8,793 nt of DNA from an uncultured archaeon (GTDB lineage Archaea > Asgardarchaeota > Jordiarchaeia > Jordiarchaeales > Jordiarchaeaceae), in assembly GCA_964510585.1 (NCBI GenBank), contig CAZECW010000165.1:1-8793 (forward strand), in the 5' to 3' direction. The notes beneath the pieces were generated by a model. The model ran no database searches. It was given only the letters and a program-made list of their open reading frames with translations, and was not told the origin of the DNA. Shown one piece after another: positions 5,627 to 8,793 of this stretch. A program made the translations under genes and the position numbers. The stretch's first letter is position 1. Each line of letters starts with the position of its first letter.

Positions 5627-7837
5627 GTGAAATGCATTATGAAAAATAAAACCCTAAGAGTGACAGTAGTTTTAACAGCCTTGCTCCTTACAGCTTTTGC
5701 GGTTGCCACAATTCAGAGCCAAAACCAACAGAACCAAAACATAGTCCCATTCATCAACCTATATCTTCAGGGCGCCTCAAGCACCAACACAGTCACTCAA
5801 CCAAAATTGGATATCGGGTCGGACTACGAATTCAGCGGAGATATCTATGAAGCGATAGTTGTGACGGCGGACAACATAGTAATAGATGGAAAAGGATACT
5901 CCCTAATAGGATCCGGATCCGGTTCTGGCCCCGGCTTCACCCTAGATGGCAGGCAAAACGTAACCATAAGAAACGTTAATGTCAAAGGTTGGGATATCGG
6001 CTTTTACCTAGTTTCTAGCAGTAATAATAATCTTTCTGGTAACAATGCCACAAACAACGGCCAATACGGCTTCTACCTAGAGTCTAGCGGTAATAATACT
6101 CTTTCTGGTAACATTGCCACAGACAGCACTGAGGTCTTATATGGTTTCGGCTTCTACCTAAATTCTAGCAGTAATAATATTCTTTCTGGTAACATTGCCA
6201 CAGACAACAACCATGGCTTCTGGTTAAATTCTAGCAGTAATAATAATATTCTTTCTGGTAATACTGCCGCAAACAACAGCCAAGTCGGCTTCTGGTTGAA
6301 TTCTACCAGTAATAATACTCTTTCTGGCAACAATGCCACAAAGAACGACCGATGCAATTTTGTCATAGGGAGTAGCAGTAATAATACTCTTTCCGGGAAC
6401 ACTGCCACAAACAGCACTGCGCCCGGATTTGGTAATGGCTTCCTTCTAGTTTCTAGCAGTAATAATACTCTTTCTGGTAACACTGCCACAGACAACAACC
6501 ATGGCTTCTGGTTGCTGGGCAGCAGTAATAATACTCTTTCTGGTAATACTGCCACAAACAACGGTCAAGCCTTCTACGTAGCGTCTAGCAGTACAGAGTT
6601 TAGCAGGAATAATACTTTTTCGGGTAACATTGCCACAGATAACACCTTTGGCTTCCTAATTACTTATTTAAGCGATAATAATACTTTTTCTGGTAACACT
6701 GTCGCAAACAATACCGAATATGGTTTCTTCTTGGAGCATATTTTGTACAGTAATCTTACAGGTAACACTGCCATAAACAACGGCCAATACGGCTTCTGCC
6801 TAAATTCTAGTAGTAGTAATAATATTCTTTCGGGCAACATTGCCACGAACAACAACTACGGCTTCTACCTAAATTCTAGCAGTAATAATAATATTCTCTC
6901 TGGTAATACTGCCGCAAACAACACCGAATATGGTTTCTACCTATATTCTAGTTCGTATAATAATCTTACGGGTAACACGGCAAACAGTAACGGCAACATG
7001 GGCTTCGCTCTATACTCCGGCTCGAACAACAATAATCTTACAGATAACGATGCCATAGGCAACAACAACTACGGTTTCTACCTGCATTCTAGTTCGTACA
7101 ATAATCTTACGGGTAACAATGCCACAGGCAGCGCCCAAGCTGGCTTCGGCCAAGTTTCTAGTAGTAATAATACTCTTTCTGGTAACGCTGCTACAAACAA
7201 CTACTATGGCTTCAGCCTATCGGGTAGCAACAATAATAACCTTACGAATAACGCTGCTACAAACAACAACTATGGCTTCTTCCTGTACACCTCCCATAAT
7301 AACACTTTGCATTTTGACATAGCTATTAATTCTACAGTCCAAGCATACTACACGGGGTCAAGTACAGGTAATGATTTCACGGGAAGTGTTGAGGCGAACT
7401 ATCTTCGAATAATGGTTCTGGGCGCATTTGGTGGCGCTTTACAGGGTGCGAATGTTCTGGTTGAGGTCGACGGGAATATTGTTTACGCCTCTCCAGGCTT
7501 CAATGGAAGCGATCCCACCACTGATGAAAGTGGGTTAACCCCCTGGATAATCGTTCCATATAAAACCTGCGTGGATGGAACAAACTGGGTGGAGAACACC
7601 ACAAAAGTTACTGTGAAATACGCATGGTTAACTTTCACTAATAACTCCAGAACAGTTGATATGAGTAGTAGCCATACTGAAACATTCCAAGCGGAAGTGA
7701 TGACGCTTCTTGGTCTTCTGTTGGCTATAGCTGGTCTGCAGGGTGGTGTTAATCCCATGGTTTACATTGTAGCTGTCGTTGCTGCAATCGGTGCGGTGGC
7801 TTCGGCTCTGTTTTACTATTTCCGATTCCGAAGGTGA
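5627..7837 (+). CDS. Secreted, membrane-anchored parallel beta-helix repeat (NosD/CASH-like) surface glycoprotein
   Basis: Basic plus hydrophobic signal peptide; about 19 GFxLxSSxNNxLSGNxA repeats; Ig-like stalk; C-terminal TM helix ending in RFRR; many N-x-S/T sequons. Start is GTG 5627 (GAGGA SD) or ATG 5639. Confidence 0.92.
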   Translation: MKCIMKNKTLRVTVVLTALLLTAFAVATIQSQNQQNQNIVPFINLYLQGASSTNTVTQPKLDIGSDYEFSGDIYEAIVVTADNIVIDGKGYSLIGSGSGSGPGFTLDGRQNVTIRNVNVKGWDIGFYLVSSSNNNLSGNNATNNGQYGFYLESSGNNTLSGNIATDSTEVLYGFGFYLNSSSNNILSGNIATDNNHGFWLNSSSNNNILSGNTAANNSQVGFWLNSTSNNTLSGNNATKNDRCNFVIGSSSNNTLSGNTATNSTAPGFGNGFLLVSSSNNTLSGNTATDNNHGFWLLGSSNNTLSGNTATNNGQAFYVASSSTEFSRNNTFSGNIATDNTFGFLITYLSDNNTFSGNTVANNTEYGFFLEHILYSNLTGNTAINNGQYGFCLNSSSSNNILSGNIATNNNYGFYLNSSSNNNILSGNTAANNTEYGFYLYSSSYNNLTGNTANSNGNMGFALYSGSNNNNLTDNDAIGNNNYGFYLHSSSYNNLTGNNATGSAQAGFGQVSSSNNTLSGNAATNNYYGFSLSGSNNNNLTNNAATNNNYGFFLYTSHNNTLHFDIAINSTVQAYYTGSSTGNDFTGSVEANYLRIMVLGAFGGALQGANVLVEVDGNIVYASPGFNGSDPTTDESGLTPWIIVPYKTCVDGTNWVENTTKVTVKYAWLTFTNNSRTVDMSSSHTETFQAEVMTLLGLLLAIAGLQGGVNPMVYIVAVVAAIGAVASALFYYFRFRR
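5999..7320 (+). repeat. Intragenic tandem repeats of 66-81 nt encoding beta-helix coils
   Basis: For example 6225-6278 vs 6870-6923 are 53/54 identical, and 6196-6225 vs 6484-6513 are 30/30 identical. Confidence 0.9.
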
Positions 7838-7900
7838 AGCCTTGAATTAGACACGGTTGAGGAGCAATTGCGACCTTTGAAATAAGGCTGGTGTTTTAAG

Positions 7901-7957
7901 GTTTCTGCCTTTCTCTTCTCTCTTATTTTTTGTAGTTTTTATTGTTTTTTTTGTTTG
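7901..7957 (+). terminator. Pyrimidine/oligo-T tract, likely archaeal terminator
   Basis: Several T5-T8 runs 65-120 nt after the stop codon of the surface-protein gene. Confidence 0.45.
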
Positions 7958-8229
7958 CTATAAAAACATGTTTTCGTTCTTTGTCTAAGAAGCGCAGCTT
8001 ATGTACGTTTTTACCGTTGTGTTCTATTTTTAGAATTAGAGATAGTATAGGGGAAGCTGGAGGCAGTGGTTTGGAATTTTGTTTTATTTTTTGTGACGAT
8101 ATGAAAAACTTTTGTCCAAGTTGTGTTAGTGGAGGTGTGTATCGGCAAGCCCGCCAAAAAACATGACCCGTATGAGGCCGATTATGTGACTGGGCATGGG
8201 GTTTAAGCGGCTATCCAAGTGCCCCCGGG

Positions 8230-8625
8230 ATGAGGGCGAATAGATGCCGTAAAGGAGCCGACACACAGGAGGTAATCCTCCGTGATGTATATGGGGAAAA
8301 GAAAAAAGGAGGGGATGCAATTAACACCATTATTGATAGCTTAAGTTTGGAAGATTTGAAGGAATTCTTAAGAAGGGAGTTCAAAGAAGACCCTAAGCTA
8401 AAAATACGGCTTAAAATTTACTTCGCTGACAGGGTAGGAGGGAGAAGCATTGAGGATTATAGGAAGGAGATAAACCTGTTATGCGGGGGGACCGCTGGTG
8501 AGTACGAATTTACCAAGCATGGCGACGCAGAAGCTGACTTCACCCAAATTCAAGATTTGGCGGAACACCTTATCCAAAAGGGAAACTTGCGGGAAGCGGC
8601 GAAAATCTATCAAGCCTTATCCGAA
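8230..8625 (+). pseudogene. Truncated gene resembling the helical C-terminal part of archaeal SWIM zinc-finger proteins
   Basis: AINTIIDSLSLEDLKEFLRREF...SIEDYRKEINLL...ADFTQIQDLAEHLIQKGNLREAAKIYQALSE matches my recollection of that family (not searched). No SWIM CxC...CxH motif is present. The ORF tail 8626-8787 is read-through into an IS end. Confidence 0.55.
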
Positions 8626-8775
8626 TTGACACTCTCCGCGACTAAAGCCGGGAGATTCTTGCTTCTGGCTCATCGGGAGCCTTCGAAGCAATGGGTGTGC
8701 CATCACCCAGTTAACACGCCCTTCCCTCAAGGGAACGGCGTCTATGTTGGCACCCTCATGGGGGCTGCGTCTTGT
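8606..8775 (-). ncRNA. Putative TnpB omegaRNA (reRNA): ~150-nt scaffold plus flanking guide
   Basis: Contiguous hairpins at 8716-8741, 8693-8708, 8659-8691 and 8633-8655. The guide would be the 3' flank TTCGGATAAGGCTTGATAGA. Confidence 0.6.
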
Positions 8776-8793
8776 TTAGCCTCTTAAGCCCAA
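8626..8793 (-). mobile_element. Right end of an IS200/IS605-family (TnpB-type) element continuing beyond the window
   Basis: Minus strand GAAT-CTCCCGGC-TTTA-GTCG(C)GGAG-AGTG-TCAA, i.e. a GAAT guide tetranucleotide, a bulged subterminal hairpin and a terminal TCAA. It coincides with the loss of host-protein homology. Confidence 0.82.

Noticed and set aside
5999-7320. DGR template/variable repeats or a CRISPR array
   Set aside because: The repeats are in-frame coding units, differences are not adenine-restricted, there are no unique spacers, and there is no reverse transcriptase or cas gene in the window.
6154-7758. Minus-strand ORFs 6154-6561, 6664-6855 and 7483-7758, and plus ORF 7119-7322
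   Set aside because: Shadows of the repetitive surface gene.
5627-7837. True NosD (nitrous-oxide reductase accessory) function
   Set aside because: Only the generic beta-helix fold is shared; there are no nos genes here.
7942-8320. ORFs 7942-8166 and 8126-8320, and an interrupted frame VEVCIGKPAKKHDPYEADYVTGHGV*AAIQVPPG*GRIDAVKE
   Set aside because: The first ORF spans the T-rich terminator region. The interrupted frame may be a decayed gene, but I cannot assign it.
8606-8625. A second match to the putative guide elsewhere in the window
   Set aside because: I noticed only an 8-nt match (ATAAGGCT near 7883), which is not meaningful.
8626-8660. Reading TTGAC+hairpin as a left end with a TTGAC target motif
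   Set aside because: The G-U pair, the bulge and the GAAT...TCAA arrangement fit a right end on the minus strand better.

Overview
Archaeal genomic segment (TATA/BRE-type promoter, GGAGGTGA Shine-Dalgarno, archaeal TA families). The surface protein's termini suggest an Asgard-like lineage, which is an unverified impression. An intact SDR oxidoreductase (243-1034) and an intact 736-aa beta-helix surface protein (5627-7837) flank a heavily decayed accessory island. The island holds one intact VapBC pair, an orphaned UPF0175/RHH antitoxin followed by a chimeric two-family PIN remnant, a doubly pseudogenised AbrB-VapC pair, an IS66 transposase fragment, two MITEs with target-site duplications, and a lesioned unknown-ORF plus stand-alone WYL gene pair. 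At the right edge a SWIM-family-like gene is cut at 8625/8626 by the right end of a minus-strand IS200/IS605 element (GAAT-hairpin-TCAA). Its adjacent ~150 nt are tiled with hairpins and look like a TnpB omegaRNA scaffold whose guide would be the interrupted host gene. At the left edge a 32-aa Phe-rich ORF with a perfect SD is followed by an 18-bp G-U-containing hairpin. No database searches were run; family calls rest on motifs recognised by eye.
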